DNA of 63,997 nt, counting the filler, from Catajapyx aquilonaris (Eukaryota), in the NCBI GenBank assembly GCA_000934665.2. It is 3 parts of 3 records of this genome, joined end to end, with 100 filler letters (N's around TTAATTAATTAA, not from the genome) between each part and the next. Parts side by side here need not be neighbours in the genome. Positions count along the whole stretch, not along the records: positions 21,394 to 42,687 come from JYFJ02006093.1; positions 42,788 to 63,997 come from JYFJ02006111.1; 1 more part is not named here. One strand, given 5' to 3'. Positions 38,201 to 51,548 of the stretch are shown piece after piece (the first letter of the stretch is position 1; every line of letters begins with the position of its first letter). The notes below the pieces were generated by a model that saw nothing but the letters and a program-made list of their open reading frames with translations, was not told the DNA's origin and made no database searches. The translations under genes and the position numbers were made by a program.

Positions 38201-39878
38201 CACACGTGTGGTTGAGCACACACACGTCCACACACCCACCAGAGAGCCCACCATCTGTCAGGTGGAACTCTTTGCCTTTTTGAAGGCCACAGCGGTACTG
38301 GCATCTCCCAAAAAGAATGGACCACCCTGTGAGACTGGGGACACGAGATGGATGACCTGCACCATGCGATTCTTTATCTGTCAAATAGCGGATGAATTTT
38401 TCTTACTAGGAAGTATCAATGTTGAGGAGGTCGCTTACTCTTGGCAATGTTCCTAAGTAGGTACAGGCAACTGCAGGCAACCGCGAGACTCCATGGAGTC
38501 TCGCGGTGGAGTCTCGCGGAGTGCTGTTTCTAGGCTCACTATAGTTACCATGGGTCGAATTTTCCCCATGTTCTTGGTTCGAGGGTACAAAATGATGAGA
38601 AAGTTCTATGACATTTTTGATAAAATAGGCCTCTGTTAAACAATACTGCAGCGGTACACTTTGCATACGGTACCTTAGAAACCTATGTAGCAGTCAAGTG
38701 CAATGCCCTTGTCCTTGGTGCTTATTAGCACTTGACCACTGGCTGTTTATTTGCAAATAGCAAAAACATATGGGCTGTCTATCAAGCATGTACCAATAAC
38801 CACCTAGACAACCGTTCGGAAGAGGCATCACAGAAAGCAGTGTTGGTTACAAACGGATGCGTGAAATGCTGACATGTAACTGCATGGTTAAGACGGAGGG
38901 GCTAAGTTTATGAGGAAATAACGTTTCTTCGGCTAACCATCTGTTGTTTGCGTCATTTGCACCCACCTGAAAGCTAAACTCTTTCGCCTTGCCAATCAAA
39001 CGTCTGACTCCATCCCGTGTCATATTAACTAATTACTGGATCCGCAATGTGGGTGGCATCTCTCTGATCGAGTCGTGCTCAAAATCACTGTGACCGTGAA
39101 AAATGCGAGCATGTGATGGCCATATAGGCCATGTTGACATCCGACATAACAATCTTCAATTTTTGACGTGAATCAGACACGGCTGTCAAGAGTGTTCCCA
39201 CCGACAACCACGTCAATTTGTCTAGATACTGACAGTGACACGTGCTCCGTACAAAAAGGCCGTGCCCGGATGTTTGAAAGAACGCTAATAACACGGTAGA
39301 TATGATATCTCGCGCTAGGACGAATTTCGAGGACAAGGGCGTTCTTACGTGACCCATACTTTCCGGATTGTTCACAAGACTTCAACATGGGGCCATGTGG
39401 AAATAATTATGATAATCCCATCCATCTTTTTTTGTGTGTGCCTCATCTCGTTCCGTGATCCGTCTGTGACATCATTGGGATGGGATGCTGCTAAAGGTGC
39501 AGTGATAGCGGTTACGTGGCATCTTTTCTATCTAAGTGTGTCCTGTAGCATGTGCTGGCCTGGTTCCGCAATCACACATGGCATCCAGCACGATTAAGAT
39601 AATGTTGCGCAACATTTAATTATTTCGCCTCATTTAAAGCACAAATTGCACCAACAATTACGTATGAGTGTGTCATCATCAAGGAGGCGCAGAAAATTAA
39701 CTGACATGGAAATACGCAAATTAGTCGTAGATGAATAAGTAATGAAACACACGAAATGTGGTTACAGAGCCGCCCGGACAGTTACGGTAAATATTGACAA
39801 CTTGCAAAGTTAGGTGTAAGCTGTTACTTATTATTACGTATTAGGCTATCGATGATTATTTTAGGACTGAATCACGCA

Positions 39879-39951
<73 letters not shown>
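39879..39951. repeat. (TAT)n microsatellite
   Basis: Direct inspection. Confidence 0.97.
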
Positions 39952-39953
<2 letters not shown>

Positions 39954-41046
39954 AGTACAGTACGGTTATTCAAACAAATGTTATTTCAGCATAACTTATT
40001 CACATCGACTATACATGACCTCAACATGCTAAGGTATGCACATACCACAGATACGTTCATACCAATCCATCACAGGCATCTCCATCTTATTTATAAACCA
40101 TGGGCAAACACACCATTAATTAACAAGCCTCAATCGCAGTGACAGTTCTATCTGTTCATCCAAGAAGTATTCGATCACCTTACATGTCTGATTACCATAC
40201 TCGCAAATGAGACACCAAATAGGCGGCACAATCAATTAAATTGCATCTTTGTTTGCAGAAGTTGTCAGAGGGATTAGTACTGCCCCCGTCTTAACACCTA
40301 GCCAAGAAAGATGGGGAAATAACAGTAAACTCGGAACTATTCTTTTCAACAATGAATGGAAATTTGGACGTGACTCTTGGTATGTTAATTTTCTCCATAC
40401 ATGACCACTGTCACGTAGCGCATGAATTTTAACAGACCTTGACTGAAACATTCGCTAAGAAATGAGGATGACTTACGAGCCATGTTGTCTAGTGCACAAA
40501 ACACGCTAATTGCCCGACGCAACTTGTAAATGTAACGTTAAACAAATATCAGAAGTTATAAGTTAGAGTGGTTTTCACATGGACACGCTGATTTTACCAT
40601 GAGAAAAAAAAAGTTGATATGACTCGAATTAATCGTCACGCAAATCTGCCGTTCTCTTTTACTACTCATACAACCACGACAATCATGCTCCAGTTAATCA
40701 TTCTATACGTACAGTACAACTTATTTGCTCATTGGGGGCAGGCTTACAGTCTACATTACCAGATATAATCCGCAGATATGACGAAAAGTAGCATGGATTA
40801 GTTGACCTCCGAACCGCCCACTTGAATAGCGACAATGATTGTATGACTGTCACCAATGAAAGTGTTGTCAGAAAAATGTTGTCGCAAATGAGGTTTATGA
40901 GCAAAGAACCTGTCTGTATTTTAGTATATAAATCATTTCTATGAAATCTATGTCTAGTCAAGTTGTTAATGAATCAAAGAGCGCCTGATTGGAGAAATGA
41001 GTTAAATCGGAATCGAATAATAGAGCGAAAGAGAAAAGTAGAGAAC

Positions 41047-41434
41047 CTTTGGGAAAGTAGGTGTACTTGGCGTCCTTATTCCCGGAAGCGGTGGCAGCCA
41101 CACCATCTGTCCCTCCTCCGCCACCTGGACCACTGCTGCTCATCCTCTCAACGGCCTCCTTCCGACTGAACGGTCGTCCATGAGGACTCCTGGACGTCTT
41201 TGGCTGCTGCTCTGGAGCCGGAGGCATAGGTGGTGGTGGTGGTAGTGGGGTCGGGGGCAAAGGAGTCGCTGTAAACCCTCCAACCTGAGTGGTCTCCAGC
41301 ATCCGGCCATCAGGCAAAGCAATGGTCAATCCCGACGAAGATGTCCAACACCGATACCCAGGCTTCCTCTGTGATTGTTGCAGGTTGCATCTTCCTTGGG
41401 GGTTATCGACCACGCCTCCAGAGTTTCGATTCAT
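41047..41434 (-). CDS. Otop: Probable first coding exon of otopetrin (Pro/Gly-rich N-terminus)
   Basis: GC-rich open frame from ATG 41434. The AAG|GTTCTC donor gives phase 1, matching the 35202 acceptor, but it is weak and there is no recognisable homology. Confidence 0.5.
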
Positions 41435-41815
41435 TGCACTTACCCACCCTTGCCCACAGTCACTATAACGGAACTTGAAGATGGCGGAAGTGAAGGACGG
41501 CGTGAAGCCACAATCGAAATATCTTGACCATCCTTGTGTTAATTGCACTAATCACTGGAGAATCACGTTGTGACTTGTACGATGGCACCAATGTTTTGAA
41601 AGAGTAGTGTCGTATTATAGTAATCACGAACCGGCAGATATGAGGGCTGCAGAAGGAATGAATGCCGAAATGGCCTAAAGATGGGCAAGTAGGGCTTTAT
41701 GGTTGCAGGGTTTTTGGTTATGCGAGACTGATGTGGGTTGTCGTGCTATAAGATGCGGAATCACATGAATACTATTAGCCCAAAGTAGGCAGGAGGTGTA
41801 ACGCTCTCGTTCACT

Positions 41816-41816
<1 letters not shown>

Positions 41817-41868
<52 letters not shown>
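41817..41868. repeat. (AAT)n microsatellite
   Basis: Direct inspection. Confidence 0.97.
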
Positions 41869-41869
<1 letters not shown>

Positions 41870-42687
41870 TAGCCTACATATTACAAAATAAAAGTGTATA
41901 GTTATCGAAAGAAACTGCTGAAGAAGGCAAGTTGTGACATACATTGGAATAACTCGGGAGAATAAATTAATAATGATACTCCGATATTCTGCGATTTTAT
42001 TTTTTTAAATTTTTTTACAGAGCGTGTGGAAGTGTGTCCTTTGAGAGGAATATTAGTGCACCTAGCGCAATTTGGGCCTTAAACTAAACAAACAATACAC
42101 TTCTTTTCTGTTTTTATGTCCAGCTATCTTGTCCTAAGCTTATTGGGGGAGCTTTGATTTTCATTATACAAAAAGAACTGTGGCATTTGAGGGGTCTCTC
42201 ACATCAAAGGCGGCCAAGTCCATTTGTGGGGGGTGTAACACAAATACGTCCAGCAATAATGTATTTTAATGTCATTGGGTATTAATTGCACATTTGCGTA
42301 TGTAGCTGAGCCGTGGCAACATATGGACGCAAAAAGTTACAAGATTGTACCAATGAAAGTTAAGTAATCAGCAGTTTTTGCTCATTTACGACCCGTATAT
42401 ATGATATATGATCGTAGACCCCTCATTTGCTTCTGGTATAGGTGATTCACTATAATCAGTGGCGTTGCCGGAAAATTTCTACAGGATGTTTCCTCTACCA
42501 CCAACAGTAACATACTGTAATGAAGCCTCATTTTTTTTAAAATGTATGCAGGTCTTACGTTAGAATAGGCCAAGAAATCGCCCTACCTAAAGCAAATCCG
42601 GGAGATAATGACCAGAGTCACCAGACTCTACAGGACTAATAAATTAATTACTTGATGACTAGGACTTCTTTACTTGTGGTGGTGGGG

Positions 42688-42787
42688 NNNNNNNNNNNNN
42701 NNNNNNNNNNNNNNNNNNNNNNNNNNNNNNNTTAATTAATTAANNNNNNNNNNNNNNNNNNNNNNNNNNNNNNNNNNNNNNNNNNNN
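42688..42787. other. Assembly gap with artificial six-frame-stop linker
   Basis: 44 N + TTAATTAATTAA + 44 N. Confidence 0.97.
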
Positions 42788-44281
42788 ATTTGTCATGTTG
42801 CTTGAACGATTTTGCAATGTGACAAAAATGTCAATACAGCTGCAAAGGAAGATTCCGGAAAGATGCGGTAGTGATCATGGTTTCAGACTACCGTAGTTCC
42901 AATGTTGAAAAAAACAACTGTCGCAATGCAAGAGTCAAATATCTCTTCCAGTTCTTATTTACAATATTACATTGCGAAGAGCCATGCCCCAAAAAATGTC
43001 GGCAACTATCAACAGTTACGACAAAAATATTCCTCCCCATGCTGCTTAACTGTCAGCTTTTGTGTGTGGGCATCCCAGTAGTCTTTATTTTACTTCCTCA
43101 GAAGTATCGTGTCAGACCTATAGAATGGCACCATCATGGAACCATGGAATGGGTGCTCAATATCTTGTTCGTTTATGCCGAATAATCCCGTGTCCACACC
43201 GCCAAAATTCGCGCGGGTTTAAGGGTAGGTCAAGGGACGAATAATTACGTCCGGGGGATATTTCTGGCTAATATATAGTTTTAGACAGGGGATCTGTAAA
43301 ATTATCATTTGAGGACAATGCCTGGGAGAAAAAATATTAACAGAAGAAAACAATTGGAAATAATCCAGCTGTGGCTCCAGACGGGCTTCGAACCCCTGAG
43401 GCATCCAGCCTTTGCTGGCATTCGCTCTTGTTTGATGGGTTCTTATCATTCAAATGACTCCCCCCTCCACCTTCCCACGCTCCTTTTAAATGTATCAATT
43501 AGTTAATTGCAGCAGCACACAATCAGCACACAAAAGCAAACAGAATGCTTCCTAAGTTCAATGATATCTTATTATATTATGCAGAATGCAGCCATCAAGC
43601 TCGTATGCGCGCATTTAGTGAAAGGACACGATGGTTATATTTATCCTCCGGCATGGGCAAGTCAAAAAATATCAAAAAAAGGCTTTATCGCTTACAGGGT
43701 ACGCAAGGTCAGCCCAGCGACCCCCACCTGGTTCCGTAGCCAGCCCACCCCCCAAGCCCTGTTGCCGCTGACTCGGTTCTGTTATCATGCCGTGTGGGTT
43801 GCTTAGGATAGCCAGGATAAAGCTCGTTTGCGGGGTGTATGAAACTATATGTCGTATATAGTACAATGAATCGAGTTCAGGAAGGAAATCCAATTCGCTG
43901 CAGATTATTGCACGATCATTTTATCGTTTACATTTCAGGTAGGTTTTCATTGTTTCCAAAATGATCTTGGCCTATGCAAGCCACGTCAAGTATGAAACGC
44001 ATAAAAAAATACAGACGGACATAAACTTTAAGGAATTCATTGCGCTTTGTGAGTGAAAAATGAATTGCCTTTCAAATACATTGCTATAGGCCTACTGCAG
44101 TGGCGAACAAGCTATCTGGCTATGGAGCTGCTGGCAGAGTGACTGATCACTCATACCTATCGTGTATATAGAGGGATGAAACACAGGCAGATACATAAAG
44201 GACAAGCTGGATTCCTCAATTGTCAATCAGTAGTTCCTGACAAGAGAATCCAGTAGCTCCACTATTAGCGATTGGAAGGAC

Positions 44282-44631
44282 CAGACCCCGATCACTCGTA
44301 TACCGAGTGCAGTGTATGGCTTCCCCTGTGAGCTTAGCTCTTCTCCCCACCAAGGGGGATTGCCACGGTGGCGCTGCAGTCTCGGATCCTAAAATAGGTG
44401 GCGCCTTACCTGGCGGGCAATTCTGAACCATTTTGCATCATCACGCACGGATTCACTGCCAGGGTGTTGACGGCTCTATGGCGATCCGTGATGATGCAAA
44501 ATGGTTCAGAATTGCCCTCCAGGTAAGGCGCCACCTATTTTAGGATCCGAGACTGCAGCGTCGCCGTGGCAATCCTCCTTGGTGGGGGAGAAGAGCTAAG
44601 CTCACAAAAAGGGGGGAGTGACCGGGGACTG
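44282..44631. mobile_element. Foldback MITE with 8-bp TSD (hAT- or P-type), copy 1
   Basis: GGAAGGAC|CAGACCCCGATCACTC ... GAGTGACCGGGGACTG|GGAAGGAC; ~125-bp inner arms at 44327-44606. Confidence 0.85.
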
Positions 44632-46472
44632 GGAAGGACCGAAAGAACGACGGAGCTACATTTTGTCTTGACATTTCAGAAAAGCGCATACAACTGGGAA
44701 TAATATCCTGCTAAGAGATGGCGAATAGCGGTCGTGTCTGAGTGGTGAGAAGATCGTAATTGTAATGCGTAATATTGTTTGAAAGCTCGGAAGCCACTAT
44801 TAGCCCCTTCCCTCCTTCCTCTTTCCCTCTGGTGTCCTCCTCTGCCGACTCGACGATTTCCCAAACTTATGGCGCCTGCATGGAACGAGTTCCAGCAGCC
44901 ACGCCACCCTTTCCCTTCCTGCTGCACTTTCCAGCCGCCTTGGATTCCCCACAACCAAACTGCTGCAATGCCAATTCAATCTTGCCCTATACCCCAGCTT
45001 CCTATACGCCACACGCGCGCGTTTCATTATTACTTCTCTCTAACACTCTTGCTCACTTGTCTTTGGTTTAACTTTACCACTTGAATCCACGTGTCAGTCT
45101 GATCACAAAAATTTAAATTTAAATTAAATTGACATAAATGATCTAGAGTACCGATGCATTGTAAAGCCTTACTAAGCTAGACCCCTAATGTACTGTACAT
45201 GTAAACAACCCTTTTGAAACGTGCTCTCAGCCCGATAAATCAATTTAAGACATCAATGAGAGACAGGCAGATGAAAATATGGAATCGTGACGTGGGGTGA
45301 AAATGCTCCCCAGCGACACTCTTGCTCTTTCGGTGATATTTCCACCCTAACTAAATTTGCAAATTTCAAACACTGATTTTCACATCTAATTAACTGTGTT
45401 ATATGTATATGAAAAAACAGGCTGTGAGAGTGAAATTTTCACCTGATATTATTAGGTAAGAACTAAACTAAAAAATTATGTAGTGTGGTGCAGTTTTCCG
45501 TATTTGTTTACGTTGTTAAGTGTTAATATTTAATAATGTTACGTGTGGGAAAACATTTTCGCAAAGTGGGGAAATGAACAGAAATAATAAATCACGTCTT
45601 TCTGGATCGATTTTGTAGTGGTCCACAATAAATGTTATTGGAAGCTGTTCCAAATAATATTAGATAAATAAGGACACCCAGGCCTACATATTAATATGCC
45701 TACTGTAAAACGGGTGTGCCACTTTTTTAGAAACCACCTAACGAGGAAACTAGAGTAATTGATATTTATATTAGAACTAATTTTATACATAACATTCCTT
45801 AACATCTCACCTTTCATATCATAATTTGTGAAAATAATTTTTACATGCTATGGGAGGGGAGATATAAATTTTTTCCGCGGCACAATCTCGCCTCATCGAG
45901 TGGGGTGAGATTGTGCAAACCTACAATTATTGTAACTTGTCACTTCAGTACTGTTCTCGAGTTGAATCAGTAATAGTTGTATGTGCCCCAAATTATAAGG
46001 CATAACGTAGTAGCAGTTGTCAATAAGTGAAAATTCACCATGTCACGATATGAATCGGAACAACAGAAAGTACTGCGAGAATAGTTTCTACATCTTCCCG
46101 TACTTCCAGCTGAAAAGTGTCCTTCGATTCCGAATACGATCATGGAGGGGAAAGGAGGCAAATATGATGTGAAAATATATCCACTTGGAAGCTAAAAATG
46201 TCGGCATTTCGATTCTGTACGTGAAAGGAAAAATGTCAAAATATGAATGAGGAAATACTGCTCTCTAAGGTATTCCCTGCCGAAGGGCATCATTCCTGCA
46301 CCAGATTTTCATTTTCACGCTAGTATGGAATAGTTCAGCAGTTGTGATGGGAAAGGCAAAGAAATTATCCATCACATTCTACTCTGTAGTTATGATACAG
46401 TCATAAGATTATGGTAACACGTTGATTGAGCAATAGCTACCACGTTTGGTGCATGTATGTCTGGTATATACA

Positions 46473-46591
46473 AGGGGTTGACCACTTCGGTACTCCCAGG
46501 TACTCCTTAGGTACTATACTTTTTGGTACTCCTTGGTACTCCTTAAATTAGGTACTCCAGTGTGCACTTTACAGTCGAGTTGTTAACCCCT
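46473..46591 (-). mobile_element. Second copy of the GGAGTACC-repeat MITE
   Basis: AGGGGTTGACCACTTCGGTACTCC...CAGTCGAGTTGTTAACCCCT; reverse complement of the 16287-16430 pattern. Confidence 0.65.
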
Positions 46592-49500
46592 TGGCCTGGT
46601 AGCTCCACTTGTTACCTATATCAATTATTGCGTAATATGGTGCAACTGGAATTCGTTAAGCTGCAAGGGTCGTCAATAGTGGCTGCCATTTAAGTATAGC
46701 AATTTAAGCTATATGGAGGAGAATCATTTTACAAAGAGCGTGACTTTTAGACTGGTCTCGTTTGCCTAAATCTCTCTTATGGAGCACTAAATCCCGATTG
46801 AAAATGTCAAGCGTTCCATTCACATCCAGGCTGCAAAAATTGAATTGAAATGAGTCCCATGGCAAAGAAACAATTCACAATTTATGAGGAAAAACGCCTT
46901 GTGTCAGAATGGCGAAGGGATTCATTCTGTGTCTTCCATCCCGAGCCATTATCCAATATTGGCAACTGTTCACTCCGGACACGTCCCCAAGTCAATACAT
47001 TCAATACCAGGCTACACTCAGGCTGCTGCTTAAAAAAGGGACGAGTCAAATATTAAATTATAATCACTACACTGCGTGTGCAGATTCCCAGCTTTTGATC
47101 CCCCATTATCACACGTAAGTGAATTTTTGAGGAACCCCTTCCCTTTGACATGCCGAGCATGACTTTTTTTTACGCCTGCTAATCATCATCATTAGCCAAT
47201 TAACCTGTCGGCGGACTTAATTTCCCCGTTGGACACGGGGAATTCCGTCCTCTATTCCGGAGGTAATTGGCAAAATTAACTTTAACCGAAAGAATTAAGC
47301 AGCTGAAATGGGAGGGGTGGTGCGGGAAGCGGAGTGGGGTTGGTCCACTGGAAGACGGTTGAATCCAGGACGTGACATCCCTTGACCAATAGCCCCTGGA
47401 TCCTCCTCCCCTTCCATCCCCTTCTTTCACCCAGAAATCCGGGGATGAAGGGAGGGAGCCATGGAAGGGAGGGGGGAGAATCGATGGCAAACAGGCCGAG
47501 CATTCAAAGCCGATTTCATAGAGGATATGTCCGATAGAGAGGGGCAAGGGTGGCTGGTATGTGTATAAAATGTCGTAACCTAGTGCAAGATGGCGGCAGA
47601 TAATATTATCTTCGTGTATCTGCCTCTTGTGCATGGCACGTTACGCCTTATAAACTGCCAGAACCTGCCTGGTTTAACAAAATTACCGGGCACTGCTTGT
47701 TTCTTCTTTTGTACCCCCCTCTCAGAGATAATGGGTTTACCTCAACAAATGGTGCCCAAAATTCATGAGGAATTTAGGCAGTCTTCCCAAACTGTGGAGC
47801 ACTGAGGGAGCGAGTTGTTCCTTCTACAAACTGGAAGGAATGACATCTATACTCTACAGTATACAACACACAATCATGTACAAAAATTACTCCGCGATAG
47901 TACGGTACACGCAGATTGTACACTTTAACTAATGAAAGGAGCATGTATGTTTTGGCCGGAGTAATGGTATACTCCAGTCCAAAAATTACGCCTTGTGATA
48001 TGACGGCAACAATGCTTTTATAAGCTGACAGAGTATCATGTGCTTGTCGAACATATGGAAATGATCGTCCTCTTGTGGCCGTCTGCATGTAACCACCAGT
48101 TCACTGGATCCGTTTGATTTTTCCAGCAAATCCATCTGCACGTGTGCTGTCTGCTCTGGGTGTGTCAATGTAGACTATATCTCCACATGCGTACATATTG
48201 CATTATGATCCACACGAGCTTACCTTTTTAAAAGGATATATTTTCAAAGTTTTACTTGTTGTGAAAATGTAGTTCCCATCGTAACTGGCACTCGGGAGTT
48301 ATTAGTTTATTCCGAATACCACTATATTATCAGAAGTGGGTTAAACTGGTAAAGTCCAAAATTCACAAAGCCATGTGAAGAGTCGTTACAATGCTGTCCT
48401 TTATTCCAGGGGAATTACTGTCTTCCCTAATTGCAAATCACAAGGTGGGGCGATGAACTTTGAAGAAACTATTGCTCTAATTCTCTTCCTACGTAGACTA
48501 ATGGCTGCAGATAACGGGCACGCTGCAAGTTTCAGCAACTGAAGCAAAGTGTGGCTGATTTCTTCATCCGCAGTCCTGATGTACTGTAGTTTAGGCAAGT
48601 TTCCCTATTAGGCTTCCATTGTACTGTCGGTCAAAAATCAAACGCTGATAGCAGTGTCCCTAGAACGAAGTTTGTCACGAAAAGTTGTGACGGAATTTTG
48701 GGTCGCGCATGAAGACAGCTCTGTGGTGCTCTGCAATTGCTACTCTTTATCCGCGACAGAAGGAATGCCTTTCGGGAATTGGATTCCACGTCAAGAATTC
48801 CAACAAGTTCTCCTCCATACATGAACTGTTTCCTTTATAATTGGATTTTTCTGCCCTCTCGCGGAAATGTGATATATCATATAAGAATTTTGTAGGCTGT
48901 TACTCGACGGCCCTCCGGCCTTGGTAACTCAGTATCGGAAAACACTCACAAGCTTCTTATGATTAATCATGCATGTTGACCCCTTCCGTCTCAGTACCTC
49001 GTGCAGCAATTTGATTCTTATTGGAAGCACTGCACCTTGTCGTTTTGGAGTTCGCAGTCAGTAGTGATTCCAGAGGCTGTTTTTTCATTTCAAGCGGGAA
49101 AAGATATTCATATTTTCCATAAAATACTGTTTAAACATATACATCGCATACAGTATATTAGCAGAGAATTACTCATTTACGCCTAATAAAATAGCAGTTA
49201 ACTCTCAAAATATTTAAATACAGCACCTAACGTCTAAAAATAATGGAAAACCTTCCTCACCACCTCGCACGATTGGCGAGAACATTGGAAAATAATACAG
49301 TCTAAAAAATCACTTCCTTTAATGGCCAATATACCGGTGTGCGTGTTAAAAATTTAGCTCATAATCGTAGTGGTAAAAATGTCTCGGACGCTCACCTCAG
49401 CCTCGTCAACTCCATTGTTTACCTGTAATTTATTATGCATAGGTCTACCATCAGAAAGCCCGTCAAATGACACTTCCATTGGGGTATTTAAATCACTGTC

Positions 49501-50324
49501 ACACATGCAGGTGAAGCGACAGGGGCAATTGGAAATGAGAGTCCGCGAGATTTTCATCGATACGGATGTGAGTTCAATTCTGAAACACGCAGCATAGAGA
49601 GCACGTAAACATGAAATGCAGCTAATAAACTGAGCGCTCTGCTGCGAACGAACTGCTGGGCCAAAATGGACTAAAATTGGCCCAGGGCTAAAACCGACCA
49701 TCGTTTAGACATAGTCCAAAGGGCAACCTCGTGCCTCACTCCCCCATCCGCCCAGGCGTGGCCCCGGGTGTCTCCCGCAACATGCTTCCGTGAAAAATCG
49801 CATAATCACAAAAACCAACACTATTGCGTGATCTTTGCCCGGTCACACTGCCTGGAAATTGTGCTGGACATGTTTCTATTGTGCTTTGGCACCACCAGGA
49901 CCAGGGTGTCGCCTCCGATCGCGAGTTTTCATACCTATCGAGGCTAATATAACCTGGGTGAGTATACGTCACTGTCCATGTGCTTGTGGATGACCTGAAC
50001 AATCCGTACAGGGGTGGTGCAATACCCAAGACCCAGTTCAAGAGAATAAGCTATATGGATTGTTAACCCATCTCAACTATAATTTAAAGAGGAGCAACAA
50101 TTATGATAAGCGAATGTGGCCTCTGATAATAATTCTGTCAAATGCTGCTCTTCCAGTTAGTTACTGGGATAATACATAATTTCTTCTACCCTCCTCCTTT
50201 TCAATTTATGTTACTACATAAGGTATAAACCTGGGCAGTGCAGTATCATTTAAATGACATGGATTTGCTAGAGGGCTACGGTATGACCCTCAGCGCAACA
50301 GATGCTAAAGGTCCTCGTCATTCG

Positions 50325-50372
50325 CTCTCTCTCTCCCTCTCTCTCTCCCTCTCCCCCTCCCTCCCTCTCCCC
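50325..50372. repeat. Imperfect (CT)n / pyrimidine tract
   Basis: Direct inspection. Confidence 0.85.
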
Positions 50373-50386
50373 TTCCATACATTATA

Positions 50387-51548
50387 CAGGGTGAGCGAGA
50401 AGTCCACGTATCCCTCAAGGTATGGCGAAGGTATAATAATAATTGTAATTATTGTATTATAATAATAATTGTAATTGACCTTAGGTCACAAGTAACTCAA
50501 AACGGGCATTCATTTTGTTTTTGATTTGTTTTTGACCTCGGGACATTCAAAAAACAAAAGTCCTCAAATATAGTAGTTTTTCCCAATCAAGGGGGCCTAA
50601 ATATTGCTAGACCATCTTGAATTTTTCTGAACATAATCACAGCTGTACACACCTATGCCATAACACTGCATATCAAGTTTCAATTCTTACACCTCCCCCT
50701 GCAAACTGCTGAGCAGTTTGCAGGGGGAGGTGTGGTGGCCGAGATGGTAACGTCTCGGCTTGCTGAGTGAAAGGTCCCAGGTTCGATCCCCGCCTGGGAG
50801 CTACCTTCCACCTGCGTCGGGAGGGTCTCTGACCTGCACCAAGGAGGTGTCTGGCAACCTAACCTCCTGGAGGACTGCACATGGCCCAAACGTTTAAGAC
50901 ATTGCACCTGCACAAGTGACCCCCTCCCCAACAATCCCTATCCCTACCCTACATCCTGAAGTCCTTGCACGGTGACTGAAGAAATATGGAAAATTATTCT
51001 AAATGGTGGTAATCCACCCCCCTATAAACCATAATCAGGTTATCACGGGGTAATAGACATAAAAAGAAAGAAAAAAAGTATAGCAGTTTGCAGGTTTCTT
51101 TTCGCTCTCCTGTAAAATTATGCAAATGTCGAATTCGTCCCTTTGTCATATGGACGACGAGTTGATTTCGTAGGAGATTGCTCAATGGAATAGGCAATAG
51201 CAGCACATTTTTCAAGTCGTCTTGACTTTAGTCCACTTTGCGGAATATCTTTCACACTGCCTAATCCAAAAGCACGTTTTTCCCAAGTAAGTATTGTTGC
51301 TTTTCGTGAACGCATCACTCACTTGCTTCATTGTTTGTTCCGTGTTGTCGTTCATGCACCCAGCTTGTCACTAACCGACACTGTAAGGGAATGTCTGCCA
51401 TTCTGGTGCGACTTGTTTTCCTCTATTCGACTAAATGGCCTGCTGCTAAGTGAAGGTGCAATGCTGCTAATCCACGAAAAAACCCACAAAAATAGGCTAC
51501 GGCGATTAAATACGTCTAGGGTATACGGGGACTTCTCGTCCACCATGG
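50387..51548 (-). mobile_element. Internally deleted Tc1-like transposon with an N-terminal HTH remnant, interrupted by a SINE
   Basis: TIRs TA|CAGGGTGAGCGAGAAGTCCACGTA / TACGGGGACTTCTCGTCCACCATGG|TA; minus strand 51401-51118 encodes RKATILTWEKRAFGLGSVKDIPQSG...SIEQSPTKSTRR (TI..W..+F..GSV.D.PRSG...SP.KSTR motif). Confidence 0.8.
50723..51081 (+). mobile_element. tRNA-derived SINE (family C)
   Basis: GGGGGAGGTGTGGTGGCCGAGATGG (A box), GGTTCGATCCC (B box), A-rich tail; TSD AGCAGTTTGCA(GG) at 50712 and 51082. Confidence 0.88.

Noticed and set aside
38121..38380. Extra otopetrin exon (TTGACAG|AT AAA GAA TCG CAT...)
   Set aside because: The acceptor is phase-compatible, but there is no convincing donor or homology; needs RNA data.
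38481..38519. 26-bp perfect palindrome plus 13-bp tandem copy
   Set aside because: Single short local duplication with no termini or second copy.
39852..40142. Poly-Tyr ORF
   Set aside because: Artefact of the (TAT)n microsatellite.
43365..43430. tRNA-like B box (GGTTCGAAGCCC) on the minus strand
   Set aside because: No intact A box or TSD; probably a decayed SINE head that cannot be delimited.
44274..44639. Symmetric GAAGGA/GAAGGA RNA internal loop suggesting a viroid-like rod
   Set aside because: Better explained as the 8-bp TSD GGAAGGAC; the sister copies have different TSDs and no ribozyme core was found.
45880..45916. 16-bp hairpin with two G-U pairs (Helitron end or miRNA)
   Set aside because: No CTRR end at the expected spacing, and too short for a pre-miRNA.
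47970..50040. Protein-like fragments on the minus strand (e.g. YACGDIVYID...FAGKIKRI)
   Set aside because: Possibly transposon-derived, but interrupted by stops and not assignable without a search.
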